DNA of 64,000 bases from a bacterium (GCA_965205865.1 CBDBHR010000026.1:224997-288996); one strand, 5' to 3'. Counted from the stretch's first letter, positions 10,615-21,323 are shown. Numbers and translations are program-made. Notes: generated from the letters alone by a model not told the origin.

Positions 10615-10688
10615 GTCCGGGTAGAGCCAGTGGTTACCCAGCCAGCCAGCCCCCCCCCCCGCAGATCCGTACGTGAACAATTCGCTCA
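10615..10688 (-). mobile_element. Group II intron 3'-end remnant (partial domain V plus domain VI)
   Basis: Minus strand TGAGCGAATTGTTCACGTACGGATCTGCGGGG...GGTAACCACTGGCTCTACCCGGAC. Confidence 0.8.
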
Positions 10689-10724
10689 AAGAGAAAAATC
10701 AAATCAATGAGCAGCGAAAACATG

Positions 10725-10832
10725 GTCGTAATCCCTTCTCAAATCAGGTCAATTCACTCTCTGATAATGGTTTTTATAAAGCACATCGGATTTATGTGTC
10801 GTAATCCCTTCTCAAATCAGGTCAATTCACTC
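10725..10832 (-). CRISPR. Orphan CRISPR remnant: two identical 35-bp repeats and one 38-bp spacer, with a possible second 36-bp spacer at 10689-10724
   Basis: GTCGTAATCCCTTCTCAAATCAGGTCAATTCACTC at 10725-10759 and 10798-10832; reverse complement ends GGGATTACGAC like CRISPR repeat 3' ends; no cas genes in window. Confidence 0.72.
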
Positions 10833-10858
10833 ACTCAAAGAATACAGACCAATATCTA

Positions 10859-12564
10859 CCTAAATTGAGCGATTCTAAAAAAGGATCAGATTTTCAAGAT
10901 GATTTTTTTGCCTGAGAAAGGCAATCATTCTGAAATCAGATTTTGATCATCAAATCCATGGATGTTTGAGTGAGAATGAGCATCAATATGCTGTTTTCAG
11001 ATGTGGAAAGTCTTCATTTCTCATGTTTTGGACGCACTCATCCCCTTAAACTTTAATGTTTTTGTTTTTTAATTGAAGCGAAACCCGTTGATCAGATTGG
11101 CGCCAATGCATGCTGGCAGGTGGCAAATAGTTGGTCCAATTGCAAGCGCTCAAAGGTCGTTTTGGGTATTTTCAAGATCAGTTTTCCGGCATGACGAAGC
11201 AGTTTGCCTGCCGTATCAAGAAACTGGCGCCGGAAGGTATCAGCATACATCGTTACCGCAATCACTGGCTTGCTGACATCTTCTTTGAAGGCTTCGAAGA
11301 GGTTATTGCCAAGCAGCATCAGATAGTACCATGCGGTATTGGGAATGAAGTTCTTGAAGGGTAGTTGTTGATGACCAAAGTTTTTCAGCGCCCGGTTGGC
11401 CAGTTCATCCTTTCCCCGTCCGTGGTACGAGCCAAGGATGCTATGAGCATCGATGCGCTTTTCTTCAGCGGCTTGGCTGAGTTGGCCATCAATGGCCTCT
11501 CCCATACCAAGGTTCGTAATGATCACGCCATCATGATCCAAACCCGGCAAAGAGAGTTGGCTATCGTGTTCAATCAAGCGGCTGTAGATCGTGCGACGAG
11601 CCTTCTTCCATGTCCCCTGCTGGCTCTTAAACTCGGTGTACTGCCAGCTCCTTCTTGCCCGATGAAGTGAAGGTCCGCCAGTCAGTGGCTTCTTCCGCAG
11701 CATTCCTCACATTGGCATAGGACTTTCCTCCGCTTCAGCTAACCGATGTTCAGTCGTTCACAGGTTTCAAAGATTTTTTCGTCAAAAAAAGCGGCGTCCA
11801 TGCGCAGCATGATTGGTACATCATCTCGGTATTCGCGGCGAATCTTTTTCACGATATGAACCAGCATCTCCTGAACAGTTTTCCCGTGATTCGAATGTTT
11901 GCTACCTCCGCGAAAAACGGCGTCAACCATATAACGACCCCAATTCATCTGCAGGGGATGAAATCCTTTGACCATCATCAAGTACCATCGAATCCAGACC
12001 CAACACAATCACCGTTGGACAAGTCTTCTTCAGTCTCCGGATAAACAGAATCTGCAGCAGATGACGAAACAGGTAGACTCGTACAAAAGAGAACTTTCCA
12101 AAAAATCTTTTCACGGCATGCGAGGAGGCAAGGTCTTGCTCACTGTATGACAGCAACACGGCATAACCCTCATCCCTTTTGAGGTGATCGAACCAACTGA
12201 GATGACGGCTGCTGCCGTCCATGAAAAAACAGAGTATCTGCGCAAAGAAATCAGAGACCGCAATACCTTTTTTATTTTTACGCATCGAACCAAACATCCT
12301 TTCGATGATCGGCATCAGCCGAATACTTTACAGATACTGGGCAAACAAGGCCAATCCGGCACGACTTGTCAAGTGTTCATCGGTTGGTTGAATGGCATCA
12401 ATTACCTGTTTCTTTTTATCCTGAACTGCTATATCTTTTTCCATAAAGCTCTCTACCTGTTGGGTTGTGTTAGATTTTGTGAATGTTTTTATTTTAACCA
12501 CTGAAATATAACACATTTTCCCCAAGGTTGGGAGCTTTTTTTATTACGAATCGCTCAACTTAGG
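10859..12564 (-). mobile_element. Second IS1380-family element, degenerate, 1706 bp
   Basis: 17-bp TIRs CCTAAATTGAGCGATTC / GAATCGCTCAACTTAGG (one mismatch) enclose transposase fragments. Confidence 0.85.
11092..12525 (-). pseudogene. IS1380 transposase broken into at least four frames
   Basis: Fragments with LTSRAGLALF, LGLDSMVLD, LRMDAAFF, YHGRGKDELANRALK. Confidence 0.85.
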
Positions 12565-12627
12565 GATTCGTATTGCCATGATCAAAGTTCTCTTAGCGAA
12601 ATATATTATTTAACAAAACAGGTTCTT

Positions 12628-13992
12628 ATGGAAGTTGAAATTATCATCTTTGTCTTTGTGGTATCCGCCGTCAGTGTAGTCGCTGCGTTTCTGTTCGCAT
12701 TTCGATCACGCAACGAGGTTAAGGGTCTCATCGCCGATAAAGCCAAACTCGGCACCGAACTTGGATCCGTGACCAAGCAACTCAAGGAGGCATCCGCCGA
12801 GGCTGAAACGGCACGACAGTTGGAGGTACGCAAAGCGTCGCTTGAACAAGAGATCAAGAATGTAAACAACCAATTAGACGGATTGAAGGCTGACAAGTAT
12901 TCATCCGATATAAAAGTCGACAAATTGCAGGCCGAGATCCGAAGTGTAGATGCTGAGAAGACCGGGTTGGAGCGCGATCTGAAGAACATCAAGGAGCAAC
13001 TCGGTCAACGCGACGATCTTCAAAACATATTCAAAGACCAGTTCCAGTCACTGTCATCCGAAACACTCAAGAACCAGCATGATCAATTTATCCAGACTGC
13101 AAAACTCACTCTCAAACCACTCGCTGAAAAAGTCGACAAGCTGGACACGGAGTGGACTAAGACGTCGGGGGCATTCAATCAGCAGATCACGATGCTGGCA
13201 TCCGAAACGAAGACATTGTCGTCCGCACTGTCAAAGCCTCATTCGCAGGGGAAGTGGGGTGAGATGCAAGTTGAACGCGCTCTTCAACTTTCCGGTTTGG
13301 AACCAAGAATTCACTATGACACCCAGGAATCCGACAATCAGGGTGGCAGAACGGACTTCATAGTCCACTTGGCGCACAATCGGGACATCATCCTCGACTC
13401 CAAAGTTTCTTTGGTCGCGATTCTGGGTGCTGAACAGGCGGAAACCGAAGAGGACCGTGAACAATATCTGAATCAGCATGCCAAAAATGTCCAGATCCAC
13501 ATCGATGGTTTGAGTAAGAAAGAGTATTGGAATAACTTACCCGATAGCGCCGACTTTGTCGCTATGGTCATGCCTGAATTCGCCCTACCGCCGGCAGTGA
13601 TTCGCATACCGAACCTGCTTGATCGTGCGTTACAGAACAATGTAGTGGTAGTTACATACTCGATGCTGGTCGCACTGTTAAAATGCGTCGCAATGGGATG
13701 GCAGGAACGCAAAGTCGCTGATGAAGCGCGCAACATCAGCGTTCTTGGCAAAAATCTTCATGACCGTTTAGCTACTTTCGCTGAACACGTTGACGATATG
13801 GGACATGCGCTAGGCAAGGCAGTGGATAGTTACAACGCAGGGATTCGCTCGATGGAAACCCGACTTCTTCCTCAAGCCCGGAGGTTTAAAGAGTTAGGAG
13901 TGCCAACTGCGAAGGAATTGCCCGAGTTAGAACCAATAGACAAAGTACCGCAGGCGCTGAACTTCATTTCGCAAAACGGAAAAGAGAACTAA
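12628..13992 (+). CDS. rmuC: DNA recombination protein RmuC
   Basis: N-terminal TM and coiled coil, QGKWGEMQV, IILDSKVSL, LSKKEYW, DFVAMVMP. Confidence 0.88.
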   Translation: MEVEIIIFVFVVSAVSVVAAFLFAFRSRNEVKGLIADKAKLGTELGSVTKQLKEASAEAETARQLEVRKASLEQEIKNVNNQLDGLKADKYSSDIKVDKLQAEIRSVDAEKTGLERDLKNIKEQLGQRDDLQNIFKDQFQSLSSETLKNQHDQFIQTAKLTLKPLAEKVDKLDTEWTKTSGAFNQQITMLASETKTLSSALSKPHSQGKWGEMQVERALQLSGLEPRIHYDTQESDNQGGRTDFIVHLAHNRDIILDSKVSLVAILGAEQAETEEDREQYLNQHAKNVQIHIDGLSKKEYWNNLPDSADFVAMVMPEFALPPAVIRIPNLLDRALQNNVVVVTYSMLVALLKCVAMGWQERKVADEARNISVLGKNLHDRLATFAEHVDDMGHALGKAVDSYNAGIRSMETRLLPQARRFKELGVPTAKELPELEPIDKVPQALNFISQNGKEN

Positions 13993-14012
13993 TCCTAAAA
14001 TGGGGTCAGGCT

Positions 14013-14715
14013 ATGCGCCAGGAAAGCTGGCAAGAAATAGAGAGTGAAAGTCTCTTACTCGGTAAGGCAGTAACGACCTGCCGAGTCCCCGAGTCATGAG
14101 TGGTTATTCGCAAGGATAGGCGCTAAGCGTTGACAGGGGAGAACATAGGCTCGGTATTGAACTCCGAAATCATAGTTTCAGGCGCTGACCTTGTAGTCTG
14201 GTGGGGAAGGCAATAACAACCGAAGGCGTTAGCGTGAGTCTCGGCTGAGCCTGGCGGAGTCAAAGACCCGGTGCATGTGTGGAAGTTTCTTGATCGGAAC
14301 CTGGGAGATCCTGAGGATGACTGTCAACATTCCATTGGTAGTCGGATCGGGAAAATTAATAAATAACCCCGATATCTACGTCTTCAGGAAGTCGGACAAG
14401 TTCGTAGTAGCGATGAAGCGGCGAACAATGAGATCATTTGTAGAGAGTAACAATGCAAAGGAAATCAACGGAGCCTGTGGAGCAAAGGGACTTGGCTGAG
14501 AGGAATTCTGCTTGCCCTCCTGTGTTCGGAACTCAGAGGCCGGTAAAATCAGAGAGCGGTTTAAGCAGGGTGCGCCAAACGGCGAATCCGAATCAACGTT
14601 TGAGCGTCTGACTCGAAGCAGGAGCCGGATGCGTTAGCAGCGCACGTCCGGATCTGTACCGGAGGAATGATGAAAGGTGACTGAAAGTCACTATAAATCA
14701 GTTCTTTACGGTGAC
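14013..14715 (+). mobile_element. ORF-less group II intron (703 nt), derivative of the 61299 intron
   Basis: Aligns to 61299-63255 except for deletion of 61873-63126; begins ATGCG instead of GTGCG; keeps domains V and VI and ends GGTGAC. Confidence 0.9.
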
Positions 14716-15182
14716 GTGCGCCAGGAAAGCTGGCAAGAAATAGAGAGTGAAAGTCTCTTACTCGGTAAGGCAGTAACGACCCGCCGAGTCCCCGAGTCAT
14801 GAGTGGTTATTCGCAAGGATAGGCATAAAGATTTAGATGATTTAGAAAATTTACCCTAAGCGTTGACAGGGGAGAACATAGGCTCGGTATTGAGCTCCGA
14901 AATCATAGTTTCAGGCGCTGACCTTGTAGTCTGGTGGGGAAGGCAATATCAACCGAAGGCGTTAGCGTGAGTCCCGGTCGAGCCTGGCGGAGTCAAAGAC
15001 CCAGCGCATGTGTGGAAGTTTCTTGATCGGAAACTGGGAGATCCTGAGGATGACTGTCAACATTCCATTGGTAGTCGGATCGGGAAAATTAATAAATAAC
15101 CCCGATATCTACGTCTTCAGGAAGTCGGACAAGTTTGTAGTAGCGATGAAGCGGCGAACAATGAGATCATTTGTAGAGAGTA
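14716..15182 (+). mobile_element. Second tandem copy of the same intron, 5' part only, with a 31-nt AT-rich insert at 14825-14855
   Basis: GTGCGCCAGG starts immediately after the 3' end of copy 1; truncated just before the RT start codon. Confidence 0.88.
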
Positions 15183-15575
15183 ATCGGGATAGGAAGGGGG
15201 TTTTCTCCCCTCCCTCCCACAGCACCACTCATACGGGTCCGTAAGTGGCGCCTCGCCTACTATCAGGTAGAGGTATCTAAACGATACCAAGTGTCTACCG
15301 CGCCTTGGCGGGGTAATGAATCTTAATCCATAGATCACGCAAAGAAACCATTCCCTGTTTAGCAAGAAAGTCATCTGATAAGCCCCAGTTGGTTGCTTGC
15401 GTCCGAGAGAGTCGCCAGTATCCTTTTCGGCTGAGGCCAATACTAATGGACAGCTTTACATGAACTCCCAGCTTGATCAACTCTCGAATTTTCGTACGAG
15501 GTTTCCTCCATTGTTTGATGTAGGCCATACGAACCCGTCTTCGAAGCCATCCTTCCATCTCCACGATAGAATCGG
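15183..15575 (-). mobile_element. 3' half of a different, class C-like group II intron: maturase C-terminus plus domains V and VI
   Basis: EGWLRRRVRMAYIKQWRKP...KGYWRLS...LRDLW maturase tail; minus-strand end ...CCTTCCTATCCCGAT. Confidence 0.85.
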
Positions 15576-15615
15576 GGTCAGGCCTGTGACTTTGGGAATT
15601 TAAGTTCATATTTCC

Positions 15616-15665
15616 GTCGGGTAGGTCGGGAGTCTTACGACTCCTTTCCCCCCTGAGAACGGCTC
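15616..15665 (-). mobile_element. Group II intron 3'-end remnant with collapsed domain V
   Basis: Minus strand GAGCCGTTCTCAGGGGGGAAAGGAGTCGTAAGACTCCCGACCTACCCGAC. Confidence 0.65.
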
Positions 15666-15815
15666 GTCGGACGGGGATGAAGGGATTGCCATCACCCTGG
15701 GTCAGCCCGAACTTTCAGCCTCATTCACAAGGAAAGGGGGAGAGATGAGATAAGGGAGTTAGAGTCGGGGAATGATTAATTATCCGCAGCGTGCGCTCAC
15801 GCTAACGCCAACACG

Positions 15816-16160
15816 TTGCTCGGCCTGATTATTGAGACTCCGGAGGCACTCGAGCACTTGGAGGAGATTCTCATCCCCGGGATAGACCTGGTCTGGGTAG
15901 GCCATACCGATCTCTCACACCTGCTGGGTATAGCCGGCCAGTTTGACCATCCCCAGATAACTGAAGCCAGAGACCACGTCCGTGCAATGTGCCAGAGGAA
16001 AGGTATAGCGTTCTGTCAGTGGGCTATACCGCCCACTGCAAGCCAGGTCAAATCATTGTTGGAGAGTGGCATTCGTTGGATAGGGTACGGAATGGATTTA
16101 TTGTTTCTGGAGCGTGAAGCGCGAAATGCGGTCGATGAGATCGCAGCTTGGCGCGGTTGA
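15816..16160 (+). pseudogene. HpcH/HpaI aldolase-family C-terminal fragment
   Basis: LIIETPEALEHLEEIL.PGID.VWVGHTDLS; N-terminus missing. Confidence 0.75.
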
Positions 16161-16168
16161 TGAGGTGA

Positions 16169-16462
16169 GTGAGGGGGGCAAGCAAAGGTGGAATTCTTTC
16201 GCTAACGAGGTCTATTGCCGTGTCTTATGCGGCACATAATATTCGTGCAAACACGATTTGCCCTGGAAGGATAGAAACCCCAATGACCGAGTGGATAAGA
16301 AGCGACCCGGAACGGAAAGAGGCTTATATGAAGAATGTTCCTTTATACAGAATAGCGCAACCGGTTGAGGTGGCTCGTCTAGCCTTATATCTGGCATCGG
16401 ATGAATCACCCCACGTAACCGGTACCATCATCCCCATCGATGGGGGATTGTCTGCAGTGTAG
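16169..16462 (+). pseudogene. Short-chain dehydrogenase C-terminal fragment
   Basis: GASKGG, IRANTICPG.IETPM, LASDES..VTG..IPIDGG; Rossmann N-terminus absent. Confidence 0.8.
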
Positions 16463-16519
16463 ATTAGGCTGGGACTGTTAGAGGTAAGAGCTGGAAAACC
16501 GCGGACTTAATAATTAGGT

Positions 16520-16663
16520 CGTTTATTTCTGGATTCACTCAAGGGCAGAGACTACCCGTTGGTCTCCGGAATCAACCTGCTCTTCGCCACTGCGGTGGTG
16601 GGGATCAATCTCATCATCGACCTGATTTATGCTTTCTTGGACCCCAGGGTTCGGTATAAATAG
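16520..16663 (+). pseudogene. ABC permease (DppB-type) C-terminal fragment
   Basis: RDYPLVSGINLLF...DLIYAFLDPRVRYK. Confidence 0.8.
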
Positions 16664-16766
16664 TCGCTGGCGCGACAAAGGTATTAGGTGTTAGGTTTCA
16701 GGTATTAGCGCAAAGCTGACACCGAATACCTTATACCTAAAAGCCTTCATCCTAAATACCTAAATT

Positions 16767-17736
16767 ATGAGCGACACCATAGAGACACTATCCCCCATCC
16801 GTGAGCTCAAGAGACGTAAAGGGCTGGCTGATTTCTTTATCAGGCTGTGGAAGGAGAAGCCTCTTGGTACTGCCTGCGGGATTATCATCTTGATCTTGAT
16901 TTTGGTGGCGATCTTTGCCGATGTGCTGGCGCCTTATCCCTATAAGGAAATGCACCTGATAGACAGGCTGCAGACCCCATCAGCCAAGTATCTGCTGGGG
17001 ACCGACCGGGGGGACGAGACTTACTCAGCCGCCTGATCTACGGGGCGCGTATCTCTGTACTTGTCGGCCTGGCCGCGACCACACTCAATTTGGTCATCGC
17101 TGTCCTCATCGGCGGCATTTCAGGATTCCTTGAGGGTAAAGTGGACCTGGCGGTCCAGCGCTTTGTCGATGCCTGGATCGCCTTTCCGGGACTGCTGTTG
17201 TTGTTGACCATCATGTCCGTCGTGGGACAGGGGTTGCTCCAGATCATCCTGGTGCTGGGGATCGCCGGTGGAGTCGAAGGCTCCCGCGTCGTGCGGGGTG
17301 CGGTGATCGCCATTAAAGAGAATGACTATTTTCTGGCAGCCCGGGCCGTGGGCACCTCGACAAGCCAAATCCTCAACCGTCATGTGCTGCCCAATATTAT
17401 GGCACCCGTCATCATTATCTTCTCCATTAACATCGGGGGGGGGTGATTATGACTTTGGCTTCTCTGGGCTTCCTCGGATACGGTCTGCCACCCAACATTC
17501 CTGACTGGGGCGGCATGCTCAGCCGGGAAGGGCGCCGGTACATGGAGATTGCCCCCTGGCTGGCGCTCTGGCCCGGTCTTTGCTTGACGATTGCCGTCTA
17601 CGCTCTCAACATGTTCGGCGACGCCATCAGAGACCTGCTCGATCCCCGGCTGCGGGGCGGACAAGGCAGTTACGGCACCACGGGGAAACGCAAACGCGGA
17701 TTCCTCGCCCGACTGATCAACCCTTTCAGATGGTAA
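16767..17736 (+). pseudogene. Peptide/nickel ABC permease (DppC-type), frameshifted near 17010 and 17440
   Basis: LLGTD..GRD motif and EAA-loop region split over three frames; indels lie in G runs. Confidence 0.85.
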
Positions 17737-17816
17737 GCGCACCAAAAATTGTAAAAATACTTGCTTAACTTTTTCCACAATGTTAAATCTTCATAGGTGT
17801 TCGGGATTTAAAAGGA

Positions 17817-18054
17817 TAAGTAAAGAATCCACCTTCTTAGAAGGTGATTTTGATGGGCCCCTGGAAGGGGCGGCTCGTGATCGTACTCGTGAGCCGTGCT
17901 CGTGAACGAAATGGCATCCCAGAGAATCCTGGATTCCCTGCCGTCTCTTCTATTCGGAATCTCCATCTCAAGGGAATCGGGAACGTTTCTATCGAGCACG
18001 TGCACGATTACGAACACGTGCACGTTTTTGGCAGAGCCGATTGTCTCTGACCAC
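17817..18054 (+). repeat. Dispersed element copy A carrying a small His-rich ORF (ATG 17853-18050)
   Basis: Same element at 20967-21210, 29756-29942 and 37439-37655; CTCGTG/CACGAG hexamer arms. Confidence 0.85.
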
Positions 18055-18110
18055 AACTAGGCGTCCCCGCCCAAAGGACGTGGTTTCATCAGATAAAATG
18101 AAAGGAAAAT

Positions 18111-18989
18111 ATGAAGTATTACAAACTCATTTCAGCAAATGGCAGCTCCGGATTTGCCGTGGAACAAGAGGAAGGCCTCCTCTCAGACCTGACTTCGGTG
18201 GATGAAAATCTGTCAGGCCTGGAAGTCATTGCTCGTGCCGCATCCCTCTCCGGAGTCAGCATAGACAAGATTGCAGAACGGATCATCGAGTCCGGCCAGC
18301 CCCAAATCCTGAAAATGGAGGAGGTCTTGGATGAAAAAAGCGATCTGCGACTGGCTCGTCCCTTCGACCCTCCGGAAGTGTGGGGTGCCGGCGCGACCTA
18401 TAACAAAGACCTGAGCAAGGCCTCAGAAAGTTACGTCAAGATCTATCAGGCAGAGCGCCCGATGCTTTTCTTCAAGGCAACGCCACAACGATGTGTCGGC
18501 CCCTTTGAGTCCGTTGGAATACGGGAGGACAGCGCGATCAACATCCCGGAGCCTGAGCTCGCCTTTGTGCTCTACCAGGGGGAGATCATTGGCTACACCA
18601 TCGCCAACGACATGAGCGCCGTGTCCCTCGAGGCAGAAAATACCTATTACCAGCCCCAGGCCAAAGTCTATAATCGTAGCTGCGCCATCGGGCCCTGCTT
18701 CGTGACTGCGGAATCGATCCAAACCCCTGAGGATCTGGATTTACGCTGCTCTACAAGACGTGACAACGAAGCAGTGTGGCACGGCGAGAGCTCCACTTCC
18801 CATTTGGCCCGCAGCTGCGCCCAACTGGCCGACTGGATCCAACGGCACAATTCCATGCCCGACTTGACGACGGTGCTCACCGGATGTGATTGTCACCCAC
18901 CGTCAGGATTCAGTCTTCAGGAAGGCGATGTGATCAGCATCACGATCGAGGGAATCGGGACGCTGGAAAACAACGTCATTGTCGTGTAG
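18111..18989 (+). CDS. Fumarylacetoacetate-hydrolase family protein (XylX/KdaD-like 2-keto-3-deoxy-pentonate dehydratase type), copy 1
   Basis: PEVWGAGATY, RPMLFFKA, PEPELA, GYTIANDMS, AKVYNRSCAIGP. Confidence 0.85.
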   Translation: MKYYKLISANGSSGFAVEQEEGLLSDLTSVDENLSGLEVIARAASLSGVSIDKIAERIIESGQPQILKMEEVLDEKSDLRLARPFDPPEVWGAGATYNKDLSKASESYVKIYQAERPMLFFKATPQRCVGPFESVGIREDSAINIPEPELAFVLYQGEIIGYTIANDMSAVSLEAENTYYQPQAKVYNRSCAIGPCFVTAESIQTPEDLDLRCSTRRDNEAVWHGESSTSHLARSCAQLADWIQRHNSMPDLTTVLTGCDCHPPSGFSLQEGDVISITIEGIGTLENNVIVV

Positions 18990-19015
18990 ATGGGGGTTGT
19001 TTGAACGGTTCACCT

Positions 19016-19272
19016 CTATTTTATCAGTTGATCGTATTCAGCATGCGTACCGATCCAAAACCAGATCAATCCTTCTTCCGTTTCCACTGCTACGGTTCGA
19101 TACTTTCTACCAACCCTGGCGGACCAATACCTTCCTACTTTTTTGAGATGTAATGAAGGATGATGAGGATCTGAATTGAGAATTTTAATTTTTTTTCGGC
19201 GAGTTTCCGGATGGATGAGTGAAGTTGATAATAACGATCCCAAAAAGAAGGATTTGCAAAGTGCTTTAGATC
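19016..19272 (-). pseudogene. RelE/ParE-like toxin, frameshifted in an A run
   Basis: KHFANPSFW...DPHHPSLHLKKVGRYWSARVG...WFWIGTHAEYD. Confidence 0.75.
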
Positions 19273-19466
19273 TCCTTGCATTTTCCCGCCTTAAAATCAG
19301 CAATAGCTTGATCAGCTAGTGAGTCCAGTTTTTCTGAGGCAACATCCTCTTCAAATTGTTGATCCCATACTTCTTGGTCGAATTTATCGAACCATTCTCT
19401 AAAATTTATTAAATCTGCTTTGGATAATTGTGAAACCGCTTTTTCAATTTCCTGAACGCTCTGCAT
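19266..19466 (-). CDS. Putative antitoxin, 66 aa
   Basis: Small acidic ORF (WDQQFEED...KLDSLADQA) overlapping the toxin start. Confidence 0.7.
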   Translation of the reverse strand: MQSVQEIEKAVSQLSKADLINFREWFDKFDQEVWDQQFEEDVASEKLDSLADQAIADFKAGKCKEI

Positions 19467-19587
19467 ATTGTTCCTTACATTTGTCGATGAAGCATTTTTT
19501 CCTCAAGTAGGGGAAATCATACCATGATCGCCTCAAAGATAAAACATGTCTATTAGTGAACGAACTTCCAAAATCATTGCCTGAAGG

Positions 19588-19790
19588 GCGTATTCCGCTC
19601 ACTTCGATCACTGATTCCGGCCACTTCGATCACCCCTTCGGAGCGAAGCGACGCTCTCTTTAAACAACTTTTAATTCATTGCATAGAATTGGTCAACTTG
19701 GATCTTTTTTTTCTGACCGACTCTCCTTTCAATTGAAGTTTATAGGCATTGCGCGCCACTCGGTCGAGGATGGCATCAGCCAGAGTGGGA
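19588..19790 (-). mobile_element. IS21-family right-end remnant with IstB C-terminus
   Basis: Reiterated GCGTATTCCG/TTCGATCAC terminal repeats; minus frame ADAILDRV...KKRSKLT. Confidence 0.7.
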
Positions 19791-20959
19791 TCTCCGATGA
19801 TCTGATGCCATTTTTCCACAGGAAGTCGAGCGGTAATAGATGATTTGGCTCATGAGTTTTTTTGCAGAGCCCATGTACTCCCGCAAGCGTAGCAGTTTCA
19901 AGGAGGAGCGCAGCCGTTTTTCCAAAAGTTCCAGGCTTGTCCGGACCCGCAGGTGATACCCCTTGGCTATGAGGACGTATTTGAGATATTCCTTGCGCCT
20001 CTTTTCTTCACGGGCACGCTTTATTTGCTCAACTTTCGAAGTGGAGGGCCTGAGCTTTTGGATGAGACGATACTGCTTTTTGAACTGCCTGAGGTTGAAC
20101 CGATATTGTCGCCAGCCCTCCAACTGGCAACTCCGTGAAAGCCGGGCGCATTCTTCAACCGTCTTGCGTACGGCGTCGAAGAGCAGGTTGACGTCGGTCG
20201 GATAATGCGCATTGGTTTCAACCACAAAGGAGTCGCAGCGTGCACGTAGCGCCTTGCTTGAATCATGAAGTTCAATCTTCTTCTCCGTGCGAATTCGGGT
20301 TGGCCCATCTTTTGGGGCGTTTTTTTTTACCAGCCCATGTCCGGCTTTGACAACCAACTGGTTGATCTCATCGAGAATCTCAGGTGTGAAAAGACGCAGG
20401 TTATCCTTGATCGTCTGCCGGTTGTACGTCATTTTGTCCTCCCACCCACCATGTCCGAGCATCTGCCGGATGGTGTCGTGATGGTTAGCCAACTCATGGA
20501 TGCGGTCGTAATCGCTGTTGAAACCCGGGCGCAGTACGCCAAGCACCAGAATCTTCCACTGCTCCATCCCGGGGACGCCCAAGACGGGGTCCGCTTTGCG
20601 ATGCCTGTCTTCGTTGCTCAGGCCCGGACCGCTTCGCGAGGGGATGACCCGTTCCGGAACCTTGAATACCGATGCGCGTAATGCTGGCGTGGCGTATATG
20701 TATTGCAAACCGCGAAGGATAGGGGGGATGTCATCACGGGATTTTAGATCCAACTCGATGGCGGCAACGTCGACTTCGCCGAACTTTATCTGGGGGTCAC
20801 GTATGGTGCGCATAAAATTTCAAATCTTGAAGATTTACGGAAAAACGAAAGAAACCAGTCCGAAGATACTGTAACTGCAACGATTGACCCTTCATGCGAG
20901 CTGGTACGCACTCGGGTTTTCTCAAATCTTCGCGTCACAAATATCAGTTTATCATCCTG
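19791..20959 (-). mobile_element. ISNCY/IS5-like element, 3'-truncated (transposase ORF 19776-20813)
   Basis: KSRDDIPPILRGLQYIY, RCDSFVVETNAHYPTD; second copy at 51151. Confidence 0.8.
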
Positions 20960-20966
20960 ATATAAT

Positions 20967-21210
20967 TAAGTAAAGAATCCACCTTCTTAGAAGGTGGTTT
21001 TGATGGGCCCCTGGAAGGGGCGACTCGTGATCGTACTCGTGAGCCGTGCTCGTGCTCATGAACGAAACGGCATCCCAGAGAATCCTGGATTCCCTGCCGT
21101 CTCTTCTATTCGGAATCCCCATCTCAAGGGAATCGGGAACGTTTCTATCGAGCACGTGTACGATTACGAACACGTGCACGTTTCTGGCAGAGCCGATTAT
21201 CTCTGACCAC
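20967..21210 (+). repeat. Dispersed His-rich-ORF element, solo copy B (ATG 21003-21206)
   Basis: Near-identical to 17817-18054 but with unrelated flanks. Confidence 0.85.
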
Positions 21211-21323
21211 GCCCACCTGGATTCTGTCAGTTCGATGGATGTGGTTGGAGCCCAATTAGCTATAATTGCAATAACGGAGCTGCACTCCAACGCATTTCCG
21301 ACAGAAACCTTGCGGTAGAAGCT

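Noticed and set aside
10833-11070. CRISPR leader
   Set aside because: From 10859 the AT-rich sequence is the interior of the second IS1380, as shown by its TIR; at most 26 bp could be leader
14275-14499. 74-aa ORF MCGSFLIG... repeated at 15008 and 61561
   Set aside because: Lies within intron RNA domains I-III; no RBS or protein motif
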